A stretch of 64,000 bases of DNA from an uncultured Actinomycetota bacterium (lineage in GTDB: Bacteria > Actinomycetota > Actinomycetes > Mycobacteriales > QHCD01). The stretch lies in contig CAVZJT010000007.1 of assembly GCA_963775655.1 (NCBI GenBank), positions 734 to 64,733 on the forward strand. The letters are read 5' to 3'. The notes under the pieces are model-generated. The model was not told the origin of the DNA and did no database searches. It was given only the letters and a program-made list of their open reading frames with translations. A program made the translations under genes and the position numbers. This document shows, piece after piece, positions 10,060 to 19,506 of this stretch (the first letter of the stretch is position 1; each line of letters begins with the position of its first letter).

Positions 10060-10120
10060 GTGGGACCTATGCTTGCGGGACAGCTCGACTCTGCGTCGGG
10101 TTCCGGGGGCAGCCGTGGCC

Positions 10121-10798
10121 GTGAAAGCGCCGAGTGTGAGCCGCCAGCGATCCGCCGGCACGGCCGAGCCGCGGTGGCCGATGGCGCTGGCCATCCTCGC
10201 CTGCGGGGTCTTGCGGCTCGCCCTGCCGAAAGAACTTCGTGCCGGAGAAGCGTCCTGGCTCTTGCTCATCGTGGTCGCCGTCCTGCTCGGAATCCTCATG
10301 ATCGGTGACCCCGGGCGGATCGACCGCGATTCGACCTGGCTCCGGGTCATGACCGGATCGTTGATCGGCGTCATCACCCTTGCCAATACGGTCGGGGCGG
10401 TGCGGCTCGTGGCGAGCATCATCAGCACCGCGCCGTTCACCTCGGACGCCAACGTGCTGCTGGCGGCCGGCGGCGCGGTCTGGGCCTCCAACCTGATCGT
10501 GTTCGGGCTCTGGTACTGGGACCTCGATCGAGGCGGTGCGGCCGCCCGCGCCCGCGGAACGTCGGCCGCGCCCGCGTTCCTGTTTCCGGAGATGACCAAC
10601 CCGGACTTCGTCCGGCCGAACTGGTATCCGAAGTTCGTCGACTACCTCCATCTGTCCTTCTCGACGGCGACGGCGTTCAGCCCGACCGACGTGTCGCCGA
10701 TCAAACCGTGGGCGAAGTTGATGATGCTCGTCGAGGACGCGATCTCGCTGGTCGTCGCGTTGCTCGTCGTCGCCCGCGCGGTCAACATCCTGAAGTAG
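10121..10798 (+). CDS. DUF1345-family integral membrane protein
   Basis: The EPRWPMALAIL... N-terminus, four hydrophobic segments and the conserved YLHLSFSTATAFSPTDV stretch match the family. The start is uncertain (GTG 10115/10121/10136 or ATG 10058). Confidence 0.7.
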   Translation: MKAPSVSRQRSAGTAEPRWPMALAILACGVLRLALPKELRAGEASWLLLIVVAVLLGILMIGDPGRIDRDSTWLRVMTGSLIGVITLANTVGAVRLVASIISTAPFTSDANVLLAAGGAVWASNLIVFGLWYWDLDRGGAAARARGTSAAPAFLFPEMTNPDFVRPNWYPKFVDYLHLSFSTATAFSPTDVSPIKPWAKLMMLVEDAISLVVALLVVARAVNILK

Positions 10799-12084
10799 CT
10801 ACAGCTGGCCGAGATAGAACTGGGTGCCTTGGTCGTCGGTGCAGGTGCTCGTCGTCCCGTACGGCTGGCGCTCCGGATCGGTGGCGGTGCCGCCGGACCG
10901 GCGTACCCGATCGACCGCGGCGTCGATGTCGTCCACCCGCCACATCGGTACGCCGGTCGCGACGTCGTTGCCGCCGGCCAGCCCGGTCATCGCGACGACG
11001 TCGTCGACGCTCCAGCCGTCCTGCACCCGGCCGGCGCTGAACCGCCAGCCGAGTACGGCGCCGTAGAAGGCGCGGAACCGCGCGGAGTCGACGACCTGCA
11101 GGGTGAGGTAGCCGAGGTCGCCCTGCCGTTCGCCGTTCGCCGGCGGGCGGGCACCGGACGATCCGGCCGGCTGCTGGTAGACCGCGAACTGCGTGCCCTG
11201 GTCGTCGACGCACATCGCGGTGCGGCCGTACGGCTCCTCGGTCGGCTCGTCCGCCTGCCCGCCCGCGGCCCGGACCTGGGCGACCGCGACGTCGACGTCG
11301 TCGACGGCGTAGCAACAGAAGAGCGAGCCACGGTCCTGTCCGCCGAAGATGCCGATCGACGGCGTCGTCCCGACCACCCGCCGGCTCTGCGGGGCGTGCT
11401 GCGGCGCGTAGGTCCAGCCGAGCACCGACTCGTAGAACGCGGCCGCGCGGTCGACGTCGGGCACCCACACCGAGACGTAGCCGATGTCGCCGTGCCGGTA
11501 CGACGGAGCCGCGGCGGGCAGCGGCGTCTGCAGCATCCAGCGATGCTGGAAGGGGTCGACGACGGTGGCATTGCGGTGGCCGTAGCCCTCGTACGGCTCG
11601 CGGGTCAGTTGGCCGCCGGTGCGCGTCGCGGCGGCGATCGTCGCGTCGACATCGGGCACGGTGAGCACCAGGGTCACGGATGCGGCGCCCGGCTGCGGAC
11701 CGACCACCCCGATCTCGGGATGCTCGTCGGAGAGGTACAGCGTGCCGCCGGACACCTCGAGCTCGGCATGGCCGACCCGGCCGTCCGGCATGACGATCGA
11801 CTCGCCGACTTGACGGGCGCCGAGAACCTCGACGTACCAGTCGATCGCGCGTCGCGCATCGCTGACCGCGAGGTAGGGGATCGCGGCACCGGCGGCGGCC
11901 GGGACGGCCGTCTCGGCGGCGGGGCTGCGGCTGCGGCGGCGGTGGCGGTGGTGGTGGTGGTCATGGCGACTCCTCGGGGAAGGGCCAGCGCACGTTCGAC
12001 GCGGGCCCGCAGGCGGGCGGCAAAGGTGGGATCGGGGTCGGCCGGCGTGACCGGCGTCCGCAGGATGTCCAGGGGATCAGTCAT
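10799..12084 (-). pseudogene. VOC/glyoxalase-family protein (three VOC-like modules) with N-terminal extension, one frameshift
   Basis: The N-terminus MTDPLDILRTPVTPADPDPTFAARLRARVERALALPRG...TTTTTATAAAAA is in ORF 11674-12168. The VOC modules (IPYLAVSDARRAIDWYVEVLGA..., GYVSVWVPDVDRAAAFYESVLGW, GYLTLQVVDSARFRAFYGAVLGW) are in the frame of ORF 10799-11791. The frames join at G-run 11921-11924 (one missing nucleotide). ATG 12084 overlaps the sigma-factor stop by 8 nt. Confidence 0.75.
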
Positions 12085-12613
12085 CGCCGTCCTCCTCTCC
12101 GGATCGGTCTGTGGGGTAGGCGCGGCGGAAGGCGGCGCGGGCCCGGACGAGCAGTGCCTCGGTGGCATGCACGGTGCGGTCGAGGACCCGGGCGACGTCG
12201 GCCACCGGCAGGTCGTCGATGTAGCGCAGGGTCAGCGCGGCCCGATGGTGCGGGCCGAGTTGCTCCAACGTGTCGCGGGCCTGCAGCGCGTCGAGGGTGA
12301 TGTCCCAAGGATCATCGCTGTCGCCCTCGTCCGCGACCGCGCGCAGCCCGCGCTGTTCGCGGGCCTGGCCCCGCCAGTGGTCGGCGAGCTTGTGGCGGGC
12401 GACGCCGACCAGCCAGGCCGTGGTCACCGGCGGCGGATGCTCCCGGCGTACGGCGTCGACGGCGGCCAGGAAGGTCTCCGCCGTGAGGTCCTCGGCGAGC
12501 GCCGTGCGGCCGCAGCGCGACAACAGGTAGCCGTAGACATGCGGAAGAGCCGCGTCGTAGGTCGCGAGCAGGCCGGCCCGCGGATCGCGCGGTGCCGCCG
12601 GTTGCTCGCTCAC
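12077..12613 (-). CDS. ECF-type RNA polymerase sigma-70 family factor
   Basis: Region 2 (AEDLTAETFLAAVDAV...WLVGVARHKLADHWR) and region 4 (LTLRYIDDLPVADVARVLDRTVHATEALLVRARAAFR) are both present. GTG 12613 was chosen because the upstream gene ends at 12675. Confidence 0.8.
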   Translation of the reverse strand: MSEQPAAPRDPRAGLLATYDAALPHVYGYLLSRCGRTALAEDLTAETFLAAVDAVRREHPPPVTTAWLVGVARHKLADHWRGQAREQRGLRAVADEGDSDDPWDITLDALQARDTLEQLGPHHRAALTLRYIDDLPVADVARVLDRTVHATEALLVRARAAFRRAYPTDRSGEEDGDD

Positions 12614-12674
12614 ACCTGCATCGTCGTCCCGCGGGCCCGAACTCCGACGGGTCGGACCGAAAAATCTTTGCGGG

Positions 12675-13340
12675 TCAGCCGAGCCAGCCCGGCCGGACCA
12701 GCCCCGTCTCGTAGGCGATGACGACGAGTTGGGCGCGGTCGCGGGCACCCAGCTTCACCATCGCCCGGCTGACGTGGGTCTTCGCCGTCGCCGGGCTGAC
12801 CACCAGCCGGGCCGCGATGGCGTCGTTGGACAGACCTCCCGCGACGAGGGCCATGATCTCGCGCTCCCGCTCGGTCAGGCTGTCGAGTTCGTGTGCGGGC
12901 CGCGGTTCCTTCGCCCGGGTGGCGAACTCCGCGATCAGCCGCCGGGTCACCCCGGGGGAGAGCAACGCGTCGCCGTCCGCGACGGCGCGCACCCCGCGGA
13001 GCAGGTCGGCCGGCTCGGTGTCCTTGACGAGGAAGCCGCTCGCCCCCTGACGCAGCGCCTCGAAGACGTACTCGTCGAGCTCGAATGTCGTCAGGATCAC
13101 GATCCGCACCTTGTCCAGCCGCGGATCGGCCGTGATCCGGGCGGTGGCGGCCAGGCCGTCGACGGCCGGCATCCGGATGTCCATCAGCACCACGTCGGGC
13201 CGCAGGCTCGTCGCGAGCTGCACCGCCTCCTCGCCGTCGCCGGCCTCGCCGACCACCTCGATGTCCGGCTGCGCGTCGAGCAGCGCGCGGAAGCCGGCCC
13301 GGACGAGGACCTGGTCGTCGGCGAGCAGGATCGAGATCAT
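12675..13340 (-). CDS. Two-component response regulator, NarL/LuxR family
   Basis: REC domain (ILLADDQVLVRAGF...DVVLMDIRMP) plus LuxR HTH (LTEREREIMALVAGGLSNDAIAARLVVSPATAKTHVSRAMVKLG). ATG 13340 overlaps the kinase stop (ATGA). Confidence 0.9.
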   Translation of the reverse strand: MISILLADDQVLVRAGFRALLDAQPDIEVVGEAGDGEEAVQLATSLRPDVVLMDIRMPAVDGLAATARITADPRLDKVRIVILTTFELDEYVFEALRQGASGFLVKDTEPADLLRGVRAVADGDALLSPGVTRRLIAEFATRAKEPRPAHELDSLTEREREIMALVAGGLSNDAIAARLVVSPATAKTHVSRAMVKLGARDRAQLVVIAYETGLVRPGWLG

Positions 13341-14563
13341 CGGGAGCCCTCCAGCGGCAATGTGGCGCGGACCCGGAACCCGCCGTCCGACCGCGGCCCG
13401 GCCTCCAGCCGACCGCCGAGCGCGACGGCCCGTTCCCGCATGCCGGGGATGCCGTTGCCCCCAGAGTCGGACGCGGAGTCGGACGCAGTGTCGGACGCGG
13501 AGTCGGACGCGGCGACTCGGCCGGCGCCGTCGTCGGCCACCTCGACGGTCAACTGGTCCGTACCGTAGACGACCCGCACGACGGCGTTCGCCGGCCCGGC
13601 GTGGCGGGTCACGTTGGTCAGCGCCTCCTGCACGATGCGGTACGCCGCGAGGTCCACACCGGCCGGCAACGGCTGCGGCGCACCGTCGACCTCGGTCCGC
13701 ACCGACATGCCCGCCGCAGACGCGCGGGCGGTCAGGTCGTCCAGCCGCTGCAGGCTCGGCGCCGGTGCCCGCGGGGCGTCCTCGTCGACCTGGCGGAGCA
13801 CCCCGAGCACCGACCGCAGCTCCTGCAGCGCCTCCTTGCTCTCCTGCTTGATCGCCAGCAGGGCCTCCCGTCCCTGCTCGGGCCGCTCGTCGAGCAGGTG
13901 CAGCGCCACCCCGGCCTGCACGTTGATCAGGGAGATGTTGTGGGCGAGTACGTCGTGCAGTTCGCGGGCGATCCGCAGCCGCTCCTCGCTCGCCTGCCGG
14001 CGGCTGTGCTCCTCGCGGGCCCGGCGCCGCTCGATCCCCTGGGACCGCTGGGCGCGCACGACCTCGGCGATGGTGGCCAGCAGAAGCAGCCAGGCGGCGA
14101 CCCCGACGGCGAAGCCGAGCGAGGGCGCCGACCCGTGGCCGGCGAGGGGAGGGAGCCAGAGGAACGCGCCGTACGCCGCGGCGAGCGTGCCCCGGGCGAG
14201 CCACCGCCGGCCGGCTCCGACCGCCGAGAAGTAGGCGATGGCCGGCGCCAGGTAGACCGGTCCGGCGGGGTAGCCCAGCATCCGGTAGGCGAACGTGAGG
14301 GCGAAGACGGTGAGCAGCACCTGGGCCGGCCAGCGTCGGCGTACCAGCAGGGCCGCCGGACCGGCCACGAGCAGCAGGTAACCCCAGGCGTCGAGCGGGG
14401 CCGCGTGGGGGTGGCCGCGGGTGGCGAAGTGGCTGCCGGCGAGCTCGACGATCGCCACGATGACGGAGACGCGCAGGTCCGACGGCCGGAACCACCGCCG
14501 GTCGAAGACGTCGCCGCGGGTCACCACGTATCGAACGGTAGGGCACCGTCGCTCGTGGGGCAT
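13337..14563 (-). CDS. Sensor histidine kinase, HisKA_3 (DesK/NarX-like)
   Basis: Contains N-terminal TM segments, an H-box (ERLRIARELHDVLAHNIS), an N-box (QEALTNVTRHA), and G-boxes DDGAG and GNGIPGMRERA. The start could instead be GTG ~14524. Confidence 0.85.
   Translation of the reverse strand: MPHERRCPTVRYVVTRGDVFDRRWFRPSDLRVSVIVAIVELAGSHFATRGHPHAAPLDAWGYLLLVAGPAALLVRRRWPAQVLLTVFALTFAYRMLGYPAGPVYLAPAIAYFSAVGAGRRWLARGTLAAAYGAFLWLPPLAGHGSAPSLGFAVGVAAWLLLLATIAEVVRAQRSQGIERRRAREEHSRRQASEERLRIARELHDVLAHNISLINVQAGVALHLLDERPEQGREALLAIKQESKEALQELRSVLGVLRQVDEDAPRAPAPSLQRLDDLTARASAAGMSVRTEVDGAPQPLPAGVDLAAYRIVQEALTNVTRHAGPANAVVRVVYGTDQLTVEVADDGAGRVAASDSASDTASDSASDSGGNGIPGMRERAVALGGRLEAGPRSDGGFRVRATLPLEGSR
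13464..13511 (-). repeat. In-frame 4 x 12-nt tandem repeat inside the kinase gene (encodes ASDSASDTASDSASDS)
   Basis: The units are GAGTCGGACGCG / GAGTCGGACGCA / GTGTCGGACGCG / GAGTCGGACGCG on the plus strand. The repeat lies between the two G-boxes of the ATPase domain. Confidence 0.8.
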
Positions 14564-14615
14564 CGGTCGAGGACGGGCTCCCGGCGTACCACCGGGGGAG
14601 TACGCCGGGTCTCGC

Positions 14616-15371
14616 TCAGCGCCGCGGCGTCGCCACCGTCGTGGTCGGTGTCCGCGCCACCTCGCCCGGCGGCGGGTAGTGCCGGGGCCGCATCCGCAGC
14701 CGCCAGGTGAGCAGGGCGCCGGTCAGCAGGGCGGCCCCATAGAGCACGCAGTGCACCACCGGCCACAGCAGTGCGCCGCCGTACTGCGCGTGGTCGGCGA
14801 GCTGGCGCGGCCCCCAGAAGGGCAACAGCTCGCCGAGGGGAGACGTGCGGCTGAGGGAGAGCTGCACCCCCACCACGGCGATGAGCGTGAGGATCCCCTC
14901 CATCTCGTTGGGGATCGTCGTACCGACGGTGAGACCAAGGGCGATCGCCACCGCTGCGGTGAGCAGGACGGCGAGGAGCAGTTCGAGGCTGGAGTTGGCC
15001 GGATGGGAGCCGAGCACCATGATCACCGTGAAGACGCCGGCGATGGCCGCCGCGATCGCGTTGAGCAGGAGGAGCCGCCCGGCGAGGAGCAGCGCCGGCG
15101 GGTAGCCGCACAGCACCAGCCGGATGTCGACGTCGCGCGAGCCTGCCGTGGCGAAATAGGCGATGCCGCTGGTGGCGAAGGCCATGCCGACGGTGCCGTT
15201 CTCCAGCGGGATGGCCTTGAGCCCGTTGGCGAGGGCGGAGAAGTAGAAGACCAACGGCAGGATCAGGAGCAGCAGCAGGGTGACGTGCCGGCGCAGCAGG
15301 TTGCGGCCGTCCATCTCGGCGACGACGAGCACCCTGGTGGTGGCCCGGGTGACCCGGCCGCGCAGGCTCAC
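14616..15371 (-). CDS. ABC-2 type transporter permease
   Basis: Intact 251-aa ORF with about six hydrophobic segments. Its start overlaps the ATPase stop (15368-15371). Confidence 0.75.
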   Translation of the reverse strand: MSLRGRVTRATTRVLVVAEMDGRNLLRRHVTLLLLLILPLVFYFSALANGLKAIPLENGTVGMAFATSGIAYFATAGSRDVDIRLVLCGYPPALLLAGRLLLLNAIAAAIAGVFTVIMVLGSHPANSSLELLLAVLLTAAVAIALGLTVGTTIPNEMEGILTLIAVVGVQLSLSRTSPLGELLPFWGPRQLADHAQYGGALLWPVVHCVLYGAALLTGALLTWRLRMRPRHYPPPGEVARTPTTTVATPRR

Positions 15372-16027
15372 GCCGCCTCCTTGGCCGGCGGGGTCTGGTC
15401 CGGGACGTGGAGCTCGACGACCCGGTCGACCCGGTCGAGCTCGGCGAGCATGTGGGTGACGACGACGACCGCCTTGCCCTCCTCGCGCCAGCGGTCGACG
15501 TGGTGCCAGAACGACACGAACGAGCCGTGGTCGAAACCCTGGTAGGGCTCGTCGAGCAGCAGCACCGGCGGGTCGCCGAGCAGGGCCAGGGCGAGGTTGA
15601 GCTTCTGCCGGCTGCCGCCGGAGAGGTGTTTGGACACCGTGGTGTCACCGATCGGGAAGCTCAGGTCGTGCAGCAGGGCGCGGCCGTGGGTGAGCGCGGC
15701 CTGCCGACCCAGTCCGACGGCCTGGCCGAAGAGGATGAGGTGCTCGTCGGCGGTGAGCAGGTCGAGCACGCCCGGCTCCTGCGGGCAGTAGCCGACCCGG
15801 CCGCGTTCCTCGACGGTTCCGTCGTCGGGCTGGACCAGGCCGGCGCAGATTTTCAGCAGGGTCGACTTGCCCGCGCCGTTCTCCCCGACGATCGCCACCG
15901 CCTCGCCCGGGTCGATGACCAGGGACGCGTCGTCGAGCACCAGTCGTTGGCGATAGCGCTTGCGGATGTTCGTCGCGTGCAGCAGCGGTAGCCCTCGGTG
16001 TGCCGCGCCCACATCTGATGCTGCCAC
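15368..16027 (-). CDS. ABC transporter ATP-binding protein
   Basis: Walker A GENGAGKST, signature LSGGSRQK, Walker B LLLDEP. GTG 16027 was chosen because hisN ends at 16077. Confidence 0.85.
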   Translation of the reverse strand: MAASDVGAAHRGLPLLHATNIRKRYRQRLVLDDASLVIDPGEAVAIVGENGAGKSTLLKICAGLVQPDDGTVEERGRVGYCPQEPGVLDLLTADEHLILFGQAVGLGRQAALTHGRALLHDLSFPIGDTTVSKHLSGGSRQKLNLALALLGDPPVLLLDEPYQGFDHGSFVSFWHHVDRWREEGKAVVVVTHMLAELDRVDRVVELHVPDQTPPAKEAA

Positions 16028-16076
16028 GTATCCGTGGCCTGTGCCGCCGTCCGGTCGGGTGGTCTCGCCGTACCGG

Positions 16077-16874
16077 TCAGTCACCGTCCTGCAGCCGGGC
16101 GAGGACCTCGTCGTGCAGCAGTCCGTTGGTGGCCACCGCGCTGCCACCCGCCGGACCGGGCCGGCCGTCCAGGCTGGTGAAGCGGCCGCCGGCTTCCTCG
16201 ACGATCAGGGAGAGCGGGGCGAGGTCCCACAGCGACACCTCCGGCTCGCAGGCGACGTCGACGGCGCCGTCGGCGACCAGCGCGTGCGACCAGAAGTCGC
16301 CGTAGGCGCGGGTGCGCCAGGCCGTCTCGGCCAGGCTGAGGAACCGGCCCAGCCGCCCTTGCCGGTCCCAGCCGTCGAGGCTGGAGTAGGACAGGCTCGC
16401 GTCGGCGAGGTCGGACACCTGCGACACCCGGCAGGGAGACGCCGAGGACATGCTGCGGCCGGTGAACGCGCCCGCGCCGCGCGCCGCCCACCAGCGCCGG
16501 TTGAGTGCGGGGGCGCTCACGACGCCGGCCACCACGTCGTCGCCGTCCATCAGCGCGACCAGCGTGGCCCAGACCGGCACGCCGCGGACGAAGTTCTTCG
16601 TCCCGTCGATGGGGTCGATCACCCAGCAGCGTGAGCCCGCCCCCGACCGTCCCATCTCCTCACCGAGTACGGCGTCGCGGCGTCGGGCCCGGTGGAGCGT
16701 GGAGCGCATGGCCTCCTCGACCGCCTTGTCGGCGTCGGTGACCGGGGTCATGTCCGGCTTGGTCTCGACCACCAGGTCGAGGGCCCGGAAGCGCGACATC
16801 GACGTTGCGTCTGCGTCGTCGGCCAGCACGTGGGCCAGGGCCAGGTCGTCGGAGTAGCCGCGCGTTGCCGCCAT
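16077..16874 (-). CDS. hisN: Inositol-monophosphatase-family protein, probably histidinol-phosphatase
   Basis: IMPase motifs [12 protein letters not shown] and [15 protein letters not shown]. This actinobacterial HisN-type protein sits beside rsgA-aroA. ATG at 16874. Confidence 0.7.
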   Translation of the reverse strand: MAATRGYSDDLALAHVLADDADATSMSRFRALDLVVETKPDMTPVTDADKAVEEAMRSTLHRARRRDAVLGEEMGRSGAGSRCWVIDPIDGTKNFVRGVPVWATLVALMDGDDVVAGVVSAPALNRRWWAARGAGAFTGRSMSSASPCRVSQVSDLADASLSYSSLDGWDRQGRLGRFLSLAETAWRTRAYGDFWSHALVADGAVDVACEPEVSLWDLAPLSLIVEEAGGRFTSLDGRPGPAGGSAVATNGLLHDEVLARLQDGD

Positions 16875-16954
16875 GGCTGGGCACGTTACCGCCGGGCCGG
16901 GTGCGGACCACACAGCGACGCACTCCGGCTACCAAGGTCCGGCTCGGCGGCCGC

Positions 16955-17036
16955 GGACAAAACCCACTACTAGTGGGTTTTGGACACCTGGCACGGCGTG
17001 TCGTGGACCAAAACCCACTACTAGTGGGTTTTGTCC
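16955..17036. repeat. 82-nt double-hairpin repeat (family B), copy 1, inverted relative to the other copies
   Basis: Two hairpins CAAAACCCACTA-C-TAGTGGGTTTTG (16958-16982 and 17009-17033) flank the linker CGGCGTGTCGTGGACC, which is the reverse complement of GGTCCACGACACGCCG. The copy lies 40 nt downstream of the rsgA stop. Confidence 0.85.
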
Positions 17037-17076
17037 AGCGGTCGATCCGGTTCAGCGGGGGCCGCCGCGCGGGTGC

Positions 17077-18069
17077 TCACCAGTGCTCCTCACCGGACCG
17101 GGCGCGCAGCAGCCGGCGGAAGGACTCCAGCCGTCGTGGTTCGGCATTGCCCGCGGCGACCCAGGCGTCCAAGGAGCACCGGTCGGCGGTGGCGCTGTGA
17201 TCACACCCGGGCGGGCACGTCTCCGCCCCCGCAGCCAGGTCCGGGAAGGCCGCGAGGATGTCGGCCGGCCGCACGTGCGCCAACCCGAACGACCGGATCC
17301 CCGGGGTGTCGACGACCCACCCGCCACCGGGCAGCGGCAGCGCGACCGCCGACGACGAGACGTGCCGGCCCTTGCCGATCGCGCTCACCGCCCCGACGGC
17401 GCGCTCCGCCTCGGGCACCAGGGTGTTGACCAGGGTGGACTTGCCGACGCCGGAGTGTCCGATGAAGACGCTGGTCCGCTCGCTCAGTCGCGCCCGCAGG
17501 GCGGCCGGCTCCTGGTCCCGACGGGTGGTCACGGCGGGCAGCCCCAGGTCGGCGTACGCCGCGAGCACCGGTGCGGCCGGGCTCAGATCCGCCTTCGTCA
17601 GGCACAGCAGCGGGTCGAGCCCCCCGGCGTAGGCGGCCACCAGGCACCGGTCGATGAAGCCCATGCTCGGCGGCGGGTCGGCCAGCGAGGTCACGACGAC
17701 GAGTTGGTCGGCGTTGGCGACGATGGCGCGCTCGACCGGGTCGGTGTCGTCGGCGGTACGCCGCAGCACACTCGTCCGCGGCTCGATCCGCACGATGCGG
17801 GCCAGCGAGCCGGGTCCGCCGGACAGGTCGCCGACCAGGGCCACCCGGTCACCGACCACGACCGACCCGCGGCCGAGTTCGCGGGCCCGCATCGCGGTGA
17901 CCGCCGCACCGTCGACCAGGCACGTGTACCGACCGCGGTCGACGGCGGTCACGACGCCCGCGGCGGCGCCGCGGTGGCGGGGCCGCTGTTTGGTCCGCGG
18001 GCGCGAGCCGTGCCGGCCCGGCCGGACCCGGACGTCGTCCTCGTCGAGCGGACGTCGACTCAGCGGAGG
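17077..18069 (-). CDS. rsgA: Ribosome small-subunit-dependent GTPase A
   Basis: The N-terminus DEDDVRVRPGRHGSRPRTKQRP, the circularly permuted GTPase motifs (LTKADL ... GHSGVGKSTLVN) and the C-terminal Cys/His cluster CPPGCDH...C all match RsgA. The start codon is not resolved (no clean ATG/GTG; ~18054-18069). Confidence 0.85.
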   Translation of the reverse strand, partial: PPLSRRPLDEDDVRVRPGRHGSRPRTKQRPRHRGAAAGVVTAVDRGRYTCLVDGAAVTAMRARELGRGSVVVGDRVALVGDLSGGPGSLARIVRIEPRTSVLRRTADDTDPVERAIVANADQLVVVTSLADPPPSMGFIDRCLVAAYAGGLDPLLCLTKADLSPAAPVLAAYADLGLPAVTTRRDQEPAALRARLSERTSVFIGHSGVGKSTLVNTLVPEAERAVGAVSAIGKGRHVSSSAVALPLPGGGWVVDTPGIRSFGLAHVRPADILAAFPDLAAGAETCPPGCDHSATADRCSLDAWVAAGNAEPRRLESFRRLLRARSGEEHW

Positions 18070-18071
18070 GC

Positions 18072-19367
18072 TCAGCGTCCCTCCCGCAGCAACTCGTCCC
18101 ACATCCCGACGAAGTCGGGGAGCGTCTTGCCGGTCGTGCCGATGTCCTGGACCGCCACGTCGTCGACGCGCAGCCCGAGCAGTGCGCCGGCCTGCGCCAT
18201 CCGGTGGTCGCCGTAGGTCGCCACGACTCCGCCGTGCAGCGGCCGTGGCCGGATCAGCAGGCCGTCGTCGGTCTCGGTCACGTCCGAGCCGAGCGCGGAG
18301 AGTTCGTGGGCAAGGGCCGCGAGCCGGTCGGTCTCGTGCCCGCGCAGGTGGGCCAGGCCGGACAGGCGGGAGGGACCGTCGGCGAGAGCGCACGCGGCCG
18401 CCAGCACCGGGGCCAACTCGCCGACCTCGTGCAGGTCGGCCGTCAGGCCGCGGACCCGTCCGGCGCCGCGCAGGGTGAGCCCACCGTCGTCGACGGCGCT
18501 CGTCGCCCCCATCTCGGCCAGCAGGTCGGGCAGGGCGGCCCCGGCCTGGGTGGTGCGGGCCGGCCAGTCCGGCACGCGCACCTGCCCGCCGGTCACCAGA
18601 GCGGCGGCGAGGAACGGGGCGGCGTTGGACAGGTCGGGCTCGACGACCACGTCGACGGCCCGGATCTCGCCGGGCGCCACCTGCCACCGGTCGGGGGTGG
18701 TGTCGTCGACCTCGACTCCTGCCGTCCGCAGCATCGCCACCGACATCGCGACGTGGGGGAGCGACGGCAGCGGCGGCCCCTCGTGGCGGAGGTCGAGCCC
18801 GCGGTCGTAGCGGGCCCCGGCGAGCAGCAGGGCGCTGACGAACTGCGAGGACGCCGAGGCATCGATCGTCACCGCGCCGCCGGGCAGCCGGCCGTCGCCG
18901 CGGATGGTCAGCGGTACGGCGCCCCGGCCCCCGTCGTCGATCTCGGCCCCGAGTGTCCGCAGCGCCGTGACGAGCGGCCCGAGCGGGCGTTCCCGCGCGC
19001 GGGGATCACCGTCGAAGGTCACCGGTCCCCTGGCGAGCGCCGCCACCGCGGGGACGAAGCGCAGGACAGTGCCGGCGAGGCCCACGTCGACGTCGGCCGG
19101 GCCGCGCAGCGGCTCCGGGGTGATCGTCCAGTCGACGGTGTCGGCCAGTCCCTCGGCCGGCCGCTCCACGATCCGGGTGCCGAGGGCACACAGGGCACGC
19201 AGCATCAATGTGGTGTCGCGGGCCCGCAGCGGGCGCCGTACCAGGGACGGCGCGTCGGCCAGCGCCGCGAGCAGCAGCGCCCGGTTGGTCATCGACTTCG
19301 ACCCGGGCAGCACGACGGTGGCGTCGACCGGCGAGGTCGCTCGCGGGGCAGGCCAGGGTGACTCCAC
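18072..19367 (-). CDS. aroA: 3-phosphoshikimate 1-carboxyvinyltransferase (EPSP synthase)
   Basis: [33 protein letters not shown] and the remainder of the ORF are colinear with AroA. GTG 19367 is preferred; ATG 19457 is an alternative. Confidence 0.9.
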   Translation of the reverse strand: MESPWPAPRATSPVDATVVLPGSKSMTNRALLLAALADAPSLVRRPLRARDTTLMLRALCALGTRIVERPAEGLADTVDWTITPEPLRGPADVDVGLAGTVLRFVPAVAALARGPVTFDGDPRARERPLGPLVTALRTLGAEIDDGGRGAVPLTIRGDGRLPGGAVTIDASASSQFVSALLLAGARYDRGLDLRHEGPPLPSLPHVAMSVAMLRTAGVEVDDTTPDRWQVAPGEIRAVDVVVEPDLSNAAPFLAAALVTGGQVRVPDWPARTTQAGAALPDLLAEMGATSAVDDGGLTLRGAGRVRGLTADLHEVGELAPVLAAACALADGPSRLSGLAHLRGHETDRLAALAHELSALGSDVTETDDGLLIRPRPLHGGVVATYGDHRMAQAGALLGLRVDDVAVQDIGTTGKTLPDFVGMWDELLREGR

Positions 19368-19422
19368 CTGCCCAGTCTGCCCGATCTCGTCCGCCCGATC
19401 CGGCCCGGCCGATCGGCGGGCG

Positions 19423-19449
19423 GGAATCGGCTGCGGTGTCGATGACGTT
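19423..19449 (+). promoter_or_regulatory. Candidate SigH/SigR-dependent (autoregulatory) promoter
   Basis: GGAAT (19423-19427), then 18 nt, then CGTT (19446-19449), about 60 nt upstream of ATG 19507. This matches the published SigR/SigH promoter pattern GGAAT-N18-GTT. Confidence 0.5.
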
Positions 19450-19506
19450 GGGGTCACAGATGGCCGTCAGCTGCCGGGCTACGGGCAGCACGACCGGGAA
19501 GGAGCG

